In this document: piece after piece, positions 28,150-40,960 of the stretch | How positions within the stretch are numbered: the stretch's first letter is position 1 | How the letters are laid out: every line of letters starts with the position of its first letter | From: the human T2T-CHM13v2.0 reference genome, Homo sapiens | Direction: 5' to 3' (one strand) | Length of the DNA stretch: 64,000 nt | NCBI RefSeq assembly: GCF_009914755.1 | Contig: NC_060926.1 | Notes under the pieces: model-generated | Databases searched by the model: none | What the model was told of the DNA's origin: nothing | Seen by the model: only the letters and a program-made list of their open reading frames with translations | Program-made: the position numbers and the translations under genes

Positions 28150-28700
28150 AATTGTTAGTTTAGATGGAGATTGGAATAAAAGAAGTGAGAAGACCCCAGT
28201 GGAAGGTTACATACATTCTGGGAGAGAAAGGCAGGGCTTAAGTCACAGAGTATGGCTGTAATATTTGCTACATCTGGGGGTGGGGAATGGGAGTAAATGG
28301 GAGATGAATGTGGGGACATGGATAGCAGCCAGACCATAGATTTGCTTCTAAAATTAATGTAGAGTCATTGTGGGATTCATATTATAACACAAGAATAGAT
28401 TTTTATTTTAGAAACAATAGCAGCCATGTAGCCTAGAGATGATGACTTTATGAACTATGACAGTGCTGAAGAAAGAGATAAAATATTTGGCAATAGGCTC
28501 TATAGGACTTGGTGAACATTGGTAGTGGGGGTGGGAAAGTTGTAAGTGAACTGGGCTGACTTCCAGGTTCCAGACTTGGGAAACTGGGCAATGATGGGGC
28601 CATACTCACTGAGAGACAGCAGAAGCAGGCTGGTGTGGAGAAGGTAATGGAACAGTTCTGTGCGTGGTGATTTTGAGCTATTTGTGACACAGAACAGATA
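28150..28700 (-). mobile_element. L2 LINE fragment
   Basis: 'ggcttaagtcacagag', 'ataggacttggtga', 'ttccaggttccagacttgggaaactggg...tcactgag'. Confidence 0.6.
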
Positions 28701-31700
28701 CTCATTATTCTTTAAATATGTGAATTCCTTTCTCTTTCAAAAAGAAAAGAAATGACTATTTCCCGATATATAAGACCCATAAAGAAAGAGTGCTAAGGTC
28801 TTTTGAATAGTGTCATGTATCTATTAGAAATTAAGATAATAAAGGCTCAATTTTCATTCAAAGTTGACCTCTACCAAAAATTAAAGGCATGCATTGTTAC
28901 TCAGATCCTGATGCTGTGTTCTACACATTGGGTTAGACCTCCTTGTCCTGACTCTTTGAATCATAGCTGTTTCCTAGATCCTCTGGACTTTGTGTCTACA
29001 CCAGCATCTATAATGTGGATTAACACCCACAACACCCAATGCACAGGTCTTCTACCTAGCCTCATTCAGCCTCTCCTGTGTCTCTACCAAGACCCTGCAC
29101 TCCGATAATCATTTAACTGGTTTCCTACAGCAGTGATCCAGATACTGCCGCTGGACGTTCATAGGCAATTACTTCATGTGGTTGGAAGTGATTTCTTTCT
29201 GAAGTCATGCTCATTCACTACATTAGTACTCTCAAAATATATTATTGTTCTCCTCCCCTAACTTCAATGAGACACCTAATTCAGTGCTTAGTACATGAGA
29301 AGGACTCAGTCAATGTTTTTTGAATAAAAGAATAGATAAATATATTAAATGGAGGCCATCAAAAAACTCTTTTATTGCTCTATCAATGTACCTTATGCTC
29401 ACACATGTGATTTCTTAATTGTCCCCATGCCAGTGACGCATATGCCTCATCTCGTGATGAACACAAATGTAGTGGTGAACACAATTTTCACTAATAACAG
29501 ACTGGAAATAGCCAAAGCCATCAAATATCTGTAGCCAAAGAGCTCCACATCCACGTGTCAAAGGAGAAGCAGATGGGTCAACCTCCTTTGTGACACAACT
29601 TCCCAAAAGTACTAAAATAATGATTCATTTTACAGACATGAAAAACATAGCAGGAAATGGAATAACACAATTTTAATTAGAAATATTCAGATTTACTCTT
29701 AATTTAATTCAGCTGCCCAACAGCCATGGTTAGATTTGCATCATGATGTATTTTCGATACTATCTATTTTCATAAATGTAAACTTTCCTGAATATGCTTC
29801 TGATGGATCCTGACATTTTAAAATATGTCCTATTGTCCTTTTCTGTGCAGTAGACCAAGCATAGAGTGTTCACTCCTATATCATTGTCACTGTACTATCA
29901 GACCAGATGGCTACTTCATCACAGAATCAAGAATTAGGAATAATTTATGCTGTTCCTTGCTCTAGAATATGAAAATAGAAAGCATTTGCTGCACACATAC
30001 TCATGAGGAGCAGCTTGACCCAACAGTAACAGCCTCATCGGAGGACATTTGGTGCTGTGGCTGCACCATCTTCAGGAACTGGATTTCGTTCTATGGAACC
30101 CTAAGCTCTCAGGTCATGGAGAAAATTATTGAAGCATGTGAGTCGATGCTTCACCTAGTAATCAAATTAAGCCCAGAGAGCCTCTTTGTTGAGGAAAACA
30201 AGTTGCAATAAAACAGTTCTAAAATGGGAAAGATTATATCTGAACCTTTCATTGTTTCATATTCAAGGATTTCTCCCCTTCATAGGAAAAAAATTACGAA
30301 TGTTGGCTTAATATTCAGAGCAGTTGTTTTTGTGTCTGTGAACATTAAATGTTAGAAACGGAAGAGCTATTTATCTTCAGCTGGCTGAAGAGAACAGTGG
30401 AAATTTTTCTTTATTGGTCTATAAATAAGCAAAGTCTGAACACACCCTTTATTGGGAGAGGGAGTCACGGCAACTCATTCCACATATCAACTGGCTCGGC
30501 AGGATTTCTGTATTTGATATGGTCATAAGCATGCAGCTAGTGACATAGACAAAAGGTTGTCCTCTCAAACTATCAAACACATTTAGCCCTAGGACCAACT
30601 AGTACTCCCCAGAAACTAGTATTTCCCTAGAAAGAAAAATGCATATAAAATCATAAGCATTTCTAACAGGTGTTATTGTTGAGAAAAAGCTAGAGAAATC
30701 AGCGACGTATCACTTAACAAGATCAAATGAATGGCAGTTGGTTTCTTTGTAAAATCATTTATTATCAACAAAGAAATGTGAGGCACTTGGGCTTTGTTTA
30801 CATAGTGCCAGAAAAAGGTGGTTAACTCAGTAGAAAACAAGCAAACACCTCCCCCAAAATATCAGTTAAGATGCCTATTTGAATTCTACAAACCAAAGAT
30901 CGGTTGCATTAATTTTTTATTTATCAATTATTTGTGGTTGTGAACACGTAGGAAAGCCATTGAAAATGTCTCAACTAAATGGGCAATATATCTGTTCTTC
31001 CTATATGAATCTGTTTAATTTGTTCATGTATATTAACTTTTTCAGATTAGATAGCCCACAAAAACAGACAGCTGCACTAGAGGAATTTAGTTATGTAGGC
31101 AAAATTAAAAGGCTATCAGTGTGAAAAGTGAGAACTGACAGAAAGCCTAACAAATTGGAAAGAATAACAGGCAGCTAGCAAGAATCACATTCCCTTTCCA
31201 AGAAAGGAACTCTTTCTGCCTGTTCCCTGTACGTGATTTGAGGCTTATACTCATATTAATGATAATACCTCTTCCATCAATATCTTGGATTATTACCAGT
31301 GTCTGGGAGAAATTTTATTGGCTGCCGCAGTTCACTGAAAATTAATTGATATGACACACTTACTCTACATGAACTTGGAAAAAAGTCTATGGAGTGAGTG
31401 ATTTAATTCATTTTATGTTAATTATAAATTATGCCAGGAAACACTATTACGGATGGACTTGTTTCCAGCTTACATTGCATGTGTGAGCAGTTTGTACTTC
31501 CGACATGCTGAATACCCTGATTTTGACTGACTAATACCTTAGGAAAGGCATTCATTTGGCATTCTCACTAATATTTGCAATGTGGCATGTCCTTAAACAA
31601 ATTAGGCCAGGAGGAGGCAGCAAAATGGCCCACTTATCTTTATTTGTAACTTAACCAACATTATGGGAGACAACATCCAAATTGGGCAATTTAAAACTTT

Positions 31701-32738
31701 TACTTACTTTCTGTATATATGTAAATAATCTCCTGAGTGTTTCAGAAAACTGAAAAGGAAGAGGGTGGAGGTAGGGTGGGGAGTGGCTGCCAAATCAAGC
31801 TGAAAATGAAAGATGACTTTAGAAAGAGAATGCAGAGTTGCTGGTGGCACATTAAGGTGGTATGCTGAAGAACTCTTTATTTTCATTTCCTGTTTGATAG
31901 TGCTGATGAGTAGATTCCTCTCTATTCTCCCTCTCGGTGAGCGCACACTAATACTTTTATTAAAAGGAGTCCATCAGAATGGGGTAGTTGTTATGCAGGA
32001 GCAGTAGCTCACATAATGGGGGATGGCATTTCTTTCCACTCGTGCTGGTCCGCTGGTTCTAATAGCAACCTGGAGCTCAATTTCCTCCTCAAGAACATTG
32101 CATTTCATGTGGAATGTCAATTATTAAAATGCAGTGTCCCGTGTCTTACTTCTCAGTAGATGAATTCATTTGCAAAACTTGCTAATTTATGCAAATGATC
32201 CTTAACCTGTAACTGCCTGGAACCTATTTTAGCATTTCTAGCAGCGTTTGGCAGCTCGGAGCCTAGATGCGGGAAGGAAATCCATTAATGCAGAATTCGT
32301 CAGTTCTGTCATCATTATATCGGTTATTGAGTTGTTAAAAAAAAAAAAAAACACCAACAACAGATAAAAATGTGTTATTAAGTGGAAGCCAGCTGACAGC
32401 TAGAGCTGAAAAATCTAGAGATTAAATTAAAGATAAACCAGGATGAGAGGATCTGATACCTGCATCTCCTGACACCCCTGAGTAATGTTAGATGCTAATG
32501 ACCTCTTTTCTGGAAGAAACTAACTGGTTAATAACCCAAAGAGGGTCTATCAGCTACTGACTAAGACAGATCCAGATAGAGAGCAGATAAGAAATTTCTT
32601 ATTGGGAGTAAGAGCCAAATTGGCCTGGGTTTTAGTAAATGCAACACACAAAAGGAACTGTATACAGTTTTTATTTTTTAGTCATGGTTACATGAAAGAT
32701 GAGGCAGCAAAAAATGGGATGCCGTCAAGAAGGGGGTT

Positions 32739-32785
32739 GGTGTGTGTGCGTGCATGCACGCATGTGTGCTTGTGCTTGTGTGTGA
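32739..32785. repeat. Degenerate (TG/CG/CA)n alternating purine-pyrimidine tract
   Basis: tgtgtgtgcgtgcatgcacgcatgtgtgcttgtgcttgtgtg. Confidence 0.8.
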
Positions 32786-33197
32786 GAGCATGAGGCGGTA
32801 CAAGAGGGCCCGCTGGTACTTCTGTGTCTGAATGTGTGTTCCTACAGGTACCTCATACATCACATATCTCGCAGCTTTCCTCTGAATCGGTTGAGCTTTG
32901 TACATCAATGGGGCTGTATTTTAATCAATAGTTTGGAAAAGACATACTACAATTTTTACCCCCCGTAGCCCTCACGTACTGTGACACAGTCACTTTTCAT
33001 GAACCATGTTGAAAAAGGGCTTTCTGCAAACCTCAGAGCTGCAGGTCAGGAGGATTCAGATTTCTGGCCTGGCTTCTGCATCCACCGGACCTATATCTAT
33101 CATTTTTTTTTCCATGTTCTTCATTCTAGCAAGTTTACAAAGGCCAGTGAGCAGACTGATTTAGATTTAAATTAGCCAGGAAAACTTGACAAGGGAA

Positions 33198-33200
<3 letters not shown>

Positions 33201-33237
<37 letters not shown>

Positions 33238-33245
33238 TGTGTGTG
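33201..33245. repeat. (GT)n microsatellite
   Basis: About 22 GT units with one interruption. Confidence 0.97.
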
Positions 33246-34079
33246 ATGCACAGGTGAGCTCTAGTCTGGACACTCAGCCTGGGCCATCAATGCAGACTCT
33301 ACCAAGCAGCCCCTCTGGTCTCCTGCACCTCACTGGCCACTGGCCACTGTTTTGGGGGATTTCCTTTGTTCAGCTGAGCATGGCCTCTGACTTACCTGAA
33401 TCCATGCTGCACATACACAGTTACAAGCTGCCCGCATAACCCGATCTTCTGACTGCTGTATTTTTGTATTTTTTTTTCTTTGCAACTATTGGTACACTTG
33501 AAAGCGGGTAGGGGCATTTGTTGTGGATATTGGGATGAATTCTTTCAACTCCTCAATGGATTCCAATGAAAGAGGAAAAAAAGAATCTGCCCTTGGTAAA
33601 ATGGACAATTGCCACTTCAAGGAATCTGTCCAAGGTCCGGAATATCATAAGAGAGTACATATTTAATGGCTCACTTTGCTCCTATTTCTTTCAGAACTGT
33701 GTCTCTTTAAATCTACTGAGGAAGATATTCCTTCTGGCCCACAGGATGCCAAAATGACTTGATGATTTATTTATGCAGCACTTGGCAGCCTATAGTCCAG
33801 ATTGTGGCTGAAGCTGAATTTTATGAGCCTTCCCCTAGTAAGTGTATTTTAAAATTATATTAAAAGTATATTTTTTGAAAACCTCAGTCATGTTTGGCCC
33901 AGCCTCGGGCCCTGAGAACGACGGTGATAGGACTAAGGAATTAATATTACTAAGGACCTGGCTGGTGAAATTTTTATTGTGAGAGCTTAGAAGAGTGTTA
34001 AGCTTTCATTTGGGGAAGGAAAAAATTGTATTCAAACGTAAATGCTTTAGTGATATCAAATGTGACCTTTCCTATTTGT

Positions 34080-34290
34080 AGCAATTCATCTGGTCACTCA
34101 ACGGCTATTTTATTGGGCTTCTCACCATGTTCCAGGAAGTATTCGAAGCCCAGGGGATTGTGGTGAAAAAGACAAGCACTGCTCCGTCTCCCCTGGAACA
34201 GACATTTCAGAGGAGGGAGGTGGATGATAAACAGGCAAGTAAATACTGTAGCTGAACAGAATGGTTTCAAATCACAATAAGTCCCATGTA
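34080..34290 (-). mobile_element. L2 3' end
   Basis: 'cactcaacggctattttattgggcttctcaccatgttccagg...gtgaaaaagacaag'. Confidence 0.6.
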
Positions 34291-34400
34291 ATAAACACAC
34301 AGACTGTGTCACAGGACTTTGAGCTGAGAACCCCTTGAGGTGCAGTGACTTTCCATGTTTGCCTGAAAGGATAGCTTCTTTATGTTAAATCAGAAAAGCA

Positions 34401-34718
34401 GGGTGGGCACAGTGGTTCATCCCTGTAATCTCAGCACTTTGGGAGGCTGAGGCGGGAGGATTGCTTGAAGCCAGGAGTTGGAGACCAGCCTGGGCAACAA
34501 AGGCAGACACTGTCTCTACAAAAAATTTAAAAATAGCCAGGAGTGATGGTGTGTGCCTGTAGTCCCTGAGGTGGGATGGGGAGTCATAGGGGGCAAAGGC
34601 ATGGGAAGGAGGATGGCTTGTGCCCAGGAGTTCAAGGCTGCAATGAGCTAGGATCCTACCACTGTACTCCAGCCTGAGCGACAGAGCGAGACCCTGTGTA
34701 AATAAAAAAGAAAAGAAG
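34401..34718 (+). mobile_element. AluJ with internal G-rich replacement
   Basis: J-type 'ggaggattgcttgaagccaggagtt', 'ggagttcaaggctgcaatgagcta'; non-consensus insert at about 34577-34607. Confidence 0.92.
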
Positions 34719-36684
34719 AGGGTCTAGCAAAACAATTCCCTGGACAATTTTACTTCTGCAAAACCCAGCCCAAAAAGAAAATGTGTTGTGAAGTTCAAAT
34801 GAAAGAGTTTAGACCAAGAGATGAGTTGATACCAAGGTGGTCAGGCAATGTAGTTCCAGGAGCAGCTTGTAGTTTGGCATCGTGCGTTTAAACTTTACAG
34901 GATCAGTGATTAATTGTTGTAAGGAGGCCCAAGTTTACAAAGCCTGAAATAAGGCCACAGGGGCAGGGTTTTCATTGATGGGTAATAAAAAATGACACAG
35001 CAAGGATAAGAACTTAAAATCCTGGGCAGTCTTCATTGAGAATTCTTCATAGTAATACCTCATACTTGCACACCACTTTATGTTTTTCTTTTAAGTACAA
35101 TTCACATTTTATGGCCTTTGATTTCCACATCAATCCTGTAAGTTATTGCAATCCGCATGTTAGATGAAAGAACTACTTCGTGGAAGAGACATACAGCTTT
35201 ACAAAGGTAAAACTGGTCTCTTTATCATAGTCAGCTATTCACTCAAAAATGCAGATGTGATACCTCACAATTTTAAAGGAATAATTCTTTGTGATTGCAT
35301 TGCACTCTGCTTCTGTAGCCAGTTGTAAGTGAAAACCTCTGGTAGTCCATAATTTTGTTCCAAGTTTTACCCCATTTTTATGTGGATTTTTTAAACTGAA
35401 GTTATGCTTTCAAAATACAAAAACAAGTACTTAAATAAGCAAATGGGCATGGCAGATGCTTCACGTGGTCCTATCTCCCAAAAAAGCTGCTTAAAACTAT
35501 GGCTTGCTGTGGAGTCAAGTAGACAAGGACTCAAATTCAAAGACATAGTCTGGCTTTTATTCCTGACAGTGAGATAGATTTTCCTTAATACTAAAACTAA
35601 AGGTGAAAAGGAGGCCTGCAATTGTGTCTAAGTCAAGGCCAGAGGATATCAAGGGCCTTGTCATTACTGTTAAAAAACCACAACCAAGAACAATCACCAT
35701 AATCTAGACCTTTGCTGAAGAACTGCTGGCCGAGGAACAAAAAATTAATAATTCAAATTAAACTCACTTAAATCATTTTGCTATCCCTTTTGGTAAACAA
35801 AGACCTTTTCTTAAAACATAAAATTTTAAGGAATTTATCCTTTTTAATGAAAAGATGTGATTATTACCATGTAATATTGATTGAATGTCAAAAGCATTTA
35901 ATTTATTGGGTACTGGTAATACAGAAAGATAGTGCAGAGAAAGTGAAATTAGACACTTTCCATAAGTGTCTAGTTGTAATTCAACAGATACTTAACACTC
36001 TTTTGCTAACATGAATCTATCATCTGTAAACTTTCTAGTGATTACCTTTTTAAAAAAAATTCATATTGTGTAATTTCTTCACAATGTATCAGTGCCCAAG
36101 CCTTTTGAGTAAGATTGCTTTCTGAGAGTTATGTGTGTGTTATTGTTTCACTGAAGTTACTTAAGCATAAATTTGAGCCACAATTACAGTTATTTTGTAG
36201 TACAAAAGTGTTGGGGCAGAAGGTTCCATCTAATAGGTGTCCCTTTCTGTCCCATACACAGCTACACGCTATGCTGAACCGACTGGTAGGGTAAACTTGG
36301 GTGTGGTCAAACCTCATACTCTTGAAAATGTGGAAGAATCCTCCCTGCTCTACTTCAGTCAAGGCTCAAGGTGCCCTTTCAGGGTGATGATAGAGTCTGG
36401 ACCCCATGTACGCCATGGCTGACACTCGGAAGCAGTTTTGGACAGGCAGGTTCATTTAATTTCAGAGGAGGGCTCCTTAATTCACTGAATGTCTGGATCT
36501 CCTGGGGCTTTATAAGAGTTAATCTCATCCAGTGCCAAAGCCCTTGGGGTTTTTTCCTACTGTTTGAGACTATACTTCATTAGTCTCATCCTCTTCTGTG
36601 TGTTGTTTCTTTGGTTATTCTAGAAGATCCCAAGTAAAAGCTCCAGGCAGCAGTCAGGAGTTCTAAGCAGGTGACAGTCATAGT

Positions 36685-36905
36685 ATTGACGGAAAGGGCT
36701 GGCTTTGGAATCAGCTAGATCTGGATTTGAATCTCAGCCTTACCACTTCCTGTGTGAACTTGGGCAATTATTACACTCCTCTTTGAGGGTCAGTTTCCTT
36801 ACTTGTAAACAGGAATAATTATGTCAACTTTATAGGACAGTGTGAGGATTAAATGAGGAAAAATAAAAACCAGCACACAGCATCTACTAAGTGCTCAAAA
36901 CTGCA
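36685..36905 (+). mobile_element. MIR SINE
   Basis: 'ggctttggaatcag...ggatttgaatctcagc...tgtgtgaacttgggcaa...gtgaggattaaatgag'. Confidence 0.85.
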
Positions 36906-39144
36906 AGCTCTCTTACCTCTTGAGGACCTTGCCTTCTAAATATATCTCCATCTCATACATCACTTCAAGTCACAGGTATACAAGTGGTTTTAATGACTCA
37001 GTTTCATCTGCTGCATATTTCGTCTAAAATTTCTAAGTACTTCACTGCTACAGTGAAGCCTTCCTCTTATGCCATCCTTGGATTTCTTGCTCTAAAGCCA
37101 TTGTATAAATGAAGACGTATAGAACAATATTAACTCCCCGCCAACAGGGTTTAAGTGAAACTCATCCACCTTATCCTGTGACATATGGTGTAATGGGGGA
37201 TGGGCCTCCATAGATTACCCTCCAAGGTGAGATTCAATTCCATTTTGCAGTTAAGACTTGATTAGGATCTTTGGCATGCTAAAGCCACAGTTCAAAAAGT
37301 AAAAATCTTGGGCTGACAGTTGCATAGGTTTGTTGTTAATGTCATGGAAAATAATCAAGTTTATTTAACTAATAATTCATTATTTTCCCATCAAGGACAG
37401 CCTTGTCACTTTCACAGAGAGGGATTTGGTCCCTTTGAATTAATGTGATTTTTGTAGAGGCAGGATTCTGAATAGACTCTGTGTTTCCTATAGCACAGCC
37501 TATTTTCCTAACAGCTATCTAGACAGGATCAGTGTTGTTACTTCGAGAGTTACACAGTGGAATAGGGGGGAGTTATAGGTAATCCCTTCTTCTGAACTAG
37601 CTTGAAATAAAAATTAAATGGGCCTTGAGCATTTGTGAATTGCAGTGTTTCATTGGGGCCATGGAACACTAAGTGAGGCTCAGAAACAGGGTGTTAATTC
37701 AGGCCTAATCATTTAATTCCACTCTGTTATGTGCTGTATTTATTGCCCTCCTGGATCTGTTTTCTATGGCCTGATAAAGAGACAGTGATTCTCCAAAGCT
37801 CAGTCAGGGACCATTTTATTTATATCGTTAGTTAGTCCAATAAAAGCACTGGCTTCAGATTCCCGCTGTTATTTTCTGTTTTGTAGCCCTGTCATTAACT
37901 ATGAAAATGCTGATGGGGTTTTCATCTCCTGGGCTGGAGTTGCTTTGGTTAAATGGGGGCTCGTAAGAAGAGGGGAAGGTCAGGACTAGATGGACTGTAG
38001 AAAAGTTAAGTTTGGTGTAACCAGATGCAGAGTGACTGGGAGGCAACTTGGGTTTTAGGAGCAAATACAAGCCTTTCATTATTACGTGTGTTAGTGTGCT
38101 GAAAACTTGATTGACACTTTTAGAGCAAACTTAGGGCTTTTAAGATGTGATTCTGTTTGTGAACCAGACGTGTTTCAGAGTTTTTAAAGGTCAAATCTTT
38201 CTGCAACTCTTCACAAAGTGAAAATTGTTCTAATTTTGCACAGAAGGTAACAGAATATAGCTCTAAAGTTGTTTATATATGTCAAGCAAAGAAGTGAAAA
38301 ACAACAACAAACATCAATGGGATCACACATCAGATCCTCTTTTTTTTGAAAATAGTTTTCACTGTATACTTTTATTGTTTAGCCAACAGTCTCTAAAGTG
38401 TTAGAGAGTTCCAGAATAAGAAAATGATGATGGGAAACTTGAATTAATTCAAGAGGTCACTTGAATTAATAATATGGCAATCAGAAGCTAACACAGGTGC
38501 ATTAACGTAACATACTGTGTAATTACCAGTGTTTCCAATGGAGTTAATGGGTAGTTATCCATGTAATAATAGACATTATTTCATAGTAGATATGCAGTTA
38601 GCTCATCTCATTGGTGTGTAGAGCACAAATGAAGCAAATCATCATTATTGTTTCAACACTAAAAGATGAAGACATTTTGAGGACTGATGGGCCTCTTTAT
38701 CAGACATACTATTATATTTTTAAGATGGTCTAAAGCACACATTCAGTAAGTAAATGTGAGAGGCATTCAGCAACTAAATGTGAGAAATGTTAACAGTCAG
38801 TAGCTTCCATACCTATGCTGGTATTTAAATGTTCGGAGCAATTAGCATGGTAGAAAGTTGTTCTGGGGGATGTGGTTGAAATTGCATGAGCAAATTTGCA
38901 CGGAAGTATACATCAATAACCAAAGTTATCACATTCTCATTGAAAGATAAGAAATGAATATTCATTCATTTTACCAACAAAGATCTTTTGACCACTTTCT
39001 ATAGGAGATAAACAGCTAACAAGTTAGGTCATGCCTCTACTCTAACTCTCCTAAGTACAGTGAGATGTATCTTTGAATTGCAGGGGCTGGAGGGACTGTG
39101 CTATATATGAGGACATCACTTAGTACTTTAGAATTTATGGGTCA

Positions 39145-39467
39145 GGCCAGGTGCAGTGGCTCACTCCTGTAATCCCAGCACTTTGGGAGGCAAGACGGGC
39201 AGGTCACTTGAGGTCAGGAGTTCAGGACCAACCTCACCAAAATGGCAAAACCCCATCTCTACTAAAAATACAAAAAATACAAAAAATAAAAATAAAATAA
39301 AAAAGCCGGGAGTGGTGGTGCATGCCTGTAATCCCAGCTACTCGGTGGGGCTGAGGTAAGAGAATCTCTTGAACCCTGGAGGCGGAGGTTGCAGTGAGTT
39401 GAAATTGCACCAGGTCATGACAGCCTGGGCAACAGAGTGAGAATTCATCTCAAAAAAAAAAAAAAAA
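39145..39467 (+). mobile_element. AluS (Sx/Sz-like) with TSD AGAATTTATGRGTCA
   Basis: TSD at 39130-39144 and 39467-39481; expanded A-rich linker. Confidence 0.95.
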
Positions 39468-39489
39468 GAATTTATGAGTCACTTTATTA

Positions 39490-39645
39490 TGCAGTATTAC
39501 ATTTGATCTTCAAAAGAACCTTGTGAAGTAGGAAGGCCAGGTATCTTCATTTTACAGATATGGAACTTGAGCACATGTGTCTGGTTCAAGGTCACTTATC
39601 AAGAAAACAGTAGAGTCAGGTCTTCTCATCCCTAATCCAGAGCAA
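39490..39645 (-). mobile_element. MIR SINE
   Basis: 'catttgatcttcaaaagaaccttgtgaagtagg...cattttacagatatggaacttgag...caaggtcac'. Confidence 0.75.
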
Positions 39646-40864
39646 GTCCACTAAATAAAGATTGAGAGAAGCTATATTTAAAAATGACAGATAGCTCCAC
39701 TCCTGTCCCCGTGAGTTCTAGCCTTTTATGATTCTAGAATAAATGTCAAATCTTGAGTTTTAGAGAGGAAAAGAGCTGGAATTAAAAAAGAAAAGAAAAA
39801 GATTTCAAAGATGTGGGGAGTGCGTGGGAGGAGGCTGGAGAGATGGTAAAGGCATTGGAGGCCAAATAACTAAGGGAGGGGAGGAAAGGGTGGTGGCCAG
39901 ACGTGCAGCACCATGGAGATCAGAGACAGTGCCAGGCACAGTGGGCTTGCCCAGAAAGCTGTGGGAAATATGTATTGAATAGTAAACAGCACCCAGATGG
40001 TGGAGGCTCTGACACAGAGTTTACTTGGGAGGAAGTGAAGAGCCACTGACAGTTTGGGACAGGAGAATGATGTCACAACAATGACCTTTTGCAATGATTA
40101 GTTTAGTGGTGTGCAAGAAAAAGTAGCTATTGTTGGCAAAGACACTAGAATTGTCCAAGCATGAGAGAGAACCTAAGACTACAAAAGAGAGCATACAGCC
40201 CCAAGGATTTAATAATTCTCTGGTGAATTAGAAAAACTATTTTTAAATGTTGTAAAGTATTCAAATAAATCAATCACAGCTGCTCACCCTTCTTGAGAAA
40301 TAGCTCCAAATTAAACTTGGCTTTTAACAGACATGAAAAGGAAAATTAGGCAACCATCTAAAATCCAGGGCACACCCTATACTTCATAGGGGCTCAATTT
40401 GTTTTTCTTATGTTGATGAAAATATTATCTAAGTCAAGCAAGAAAAACATTTCTCTGGGTTGCTAGCTTTTCAGATATCAATATTCTTATTAAAATATAA
40501 TTTATAAGGTTGCTTTAATTCTTCTCTATTTTAAATGTATAAATGAAATCAAATGAATGCTAAATTTGGAGGTCAATAGGGGATTATTTTTTCCTTTGTG
40601 AGCTAAGGAACAGAATAGGATAACAGTAGGAATAAAGGAATAACTTTAGTGTTTTGAATTGACTTTTCTAAAGTCTAGAGTCTTTATTATAGAGAATTCC
40701 ACGAAACTTTGATATTTGCCAAGGGTCACAATATCAATTAATCTAACATCATGGCTTTAAGCAAAGCAAGATCTGTTATTCCTAGACAGCCTCAGGCTAA
40801 ATTCTGAACTAAGGTAAATTAGCTTTTAGACCCACCCAATTCTGTAGTATAAATTGTCACACTG

Positions 40865-40960
40865 GCTGGGTAAACTTGATGAGCAAGTTACTTTACTTAA
40901 CATCTCTGGGCCTCAGTTTTCTCATCTGGGAAGTGGGGATAATAATAGTACTGCCTGCCC
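40865..40960 (+). mobile_element. MIR core
   Basis: 'tacttaacatctctgggcctcagttttctcatctgggaagtggggataataatagtac'. Confidence 0.8.

Noticed and set aside
29950-30211. Possible exon: acceptor 'ttccttgctctag' and an 80-aa ORF
   Set aside because: Weak donor, no homology recognised; a lncRNA exon cannot be shown without RNA data
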